From Leucoraja ocellata (taxonomy: Eukaryota), in assembly GCA_036785375.1 (NCBI GenBank), contig JAWMAR010000276.1, positions 1,922,001 through 1,986,000 on the forward strand: 64,000 nt of DNA. Direction: 5' to 3'. The notes under the pieces are model-generated. The model saw only the letters and a program-made list of their open reading frames with translations, did not search any database and was not told the origin of the DNA. Made by a program: the position numbers and the translations under genes. Below are positions 62,686 to 64,000 of this stretch, piece after piece. Numbering within the stretch: position 1 is the first letter of the stretch; each line of letters starts with the position of its first letter.

Positions 62686-64000
62686 TGCATAATGCTTCCA
62701 AATGAAACTCCTCATGCTGGCTGGAAAATACCAGTCAGTGTTGCCCTCTACTGGAATTAATGCCTCCATGAAAAAGGATTTCTTAAAAAGAAAAAAGACT
62801 GAAGATGTTATTGAGACCAACATTTCTTTCTAAGTTTTAGATAAGGTAAGAGGTTTTAATATACTTAGTCACTAACATCTGACATCATGAAAAACCTTGT
62901 ACAAAATTATGTCACGGGAATCTTGACTATAGATTTTCCACCCCTAATCAGCTAAACAGAGGTGCATCCAAGATAATATTGTTAAATGTATTAGGTTTGA
63001 TAGCAAGTGGTGATAGTGGCTGTTCAAAAGTTAGTAGCAATGGATATGTGTGTCCCTCAACAAAGACTAACTGCATCTGATGTAGCTTACCTCAGGGGAA
63101 CAAAAGTATTCAAATACAATTCTATTTAATAACTGTTGCATTCAGGTAACATTAACCTTTGTAGCACTCTTCCTCAATGACAAACCTTCCAGAGCAATAA
63201 AGTGATATTTCTTTCAAACTGTTTAATGACACAATGCAGAAAGATTAACCTGCATGCTAAGTACAAAGATTATTGTGCATAGCAAAGAAGTGTGGTTAAT
63301 CGATCTATTCGAAGGCAGAGACATCATAGGATCGCTGTTACTTCATTCTTTTTAATATTGACCAACAAAATGTATCCAACATCCACGTTAAATTGCAAAA
63401 TCCGTAGTATTTAACTCTGGGTTTTGATGCAGGGAAACTCAAAAAGCAGCCCCGTTAAGAGTGCTTATCCAGAAGCAGCAGTTTCAACAAATGCCCCTGA
63501 AGAAGACTCTAAGCCACTTCTAATTGTAGTCTGTCTGCAAACTAGAAATTACTTCTCTGCATTGTTTTAGGATCTCAGCATGGGGATGAGTCGGCCGTGA
63601 TTAAAGTTAGGGACCATCAAGGTTGGAACACAAAATCAAGTAACTGTTTATATCCAAGGCTGGATTATCATTGTTTAAAAAAACATTATTAGTCCATCAT
63701 CATAATTATTCCACTTTCGTTCCTATATCTGCACTTAGTCGACTGGTCACAGCCAACGCAAAATAAAGTACTGCAAATGGATATGGGTCAAACATGGCTA
63801 AATGAGACTAAGTTAGACGGGAAATCTTGGCTAGCATAGACAAGTTAGACTTAAAAACCCGTTTCCGTGCTGTATGACTATAATTTTAGCGTTTAACCAG
63901 TCTCACAACTTTTTTAAACTTCCATGTTTCCGCAATATCAATAGCAAAGGGACTAGTTGTTCTGTCTAGAGTACTTTGTTCTTTTTCAGTGTCATTAAAA

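Noticed and set aside
1-64000. Most ORFs in the six-frame track
   Set aside because: They are short, low-complexity or derived from SINE, LINE or PLE sequence. Only the two NRF1 exons are recognisable host coding sequence.

Overview
This is eukaryotic DNA from a cartilaginous fish, probably a skate or ray, judged from the HE1-like V-SINE, CR1 and Penelope repeat content; most ORFs in the supplied track are spurious. The window holds the conserved vertebrate NRF1 / miR-183-96-182 block. The three sensory-organ miRNA hairpins lie on the + strand at about 15.5, 19.7 and 20.4 kb, downstream of a ~9 kb CpG-rich domain that is probably the host-gene promoter region. They converge on the last two coding exons of NRF1 on the - strand (61504-61628 and 40774-40946). 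The rest is dominated by retroelements: V-SINEs, CR1, L2, Rex-Babar and Penelope-like elements. The main find is a ~135-bp SINE-like element in two copies (15812-15946 minus; 24299-24440 plus). Its first 54 nt fold into a minimal, P4-less HDV/CPEB3-like self-cleaving ribozyme whose predicted cleavage site is exactly the element's 5' boundary, followed by a (GAA)n tail and a target-site duplication. More than 10 Penelope-derived mini-elements also carry minimal hammerhead ribozyme cores.
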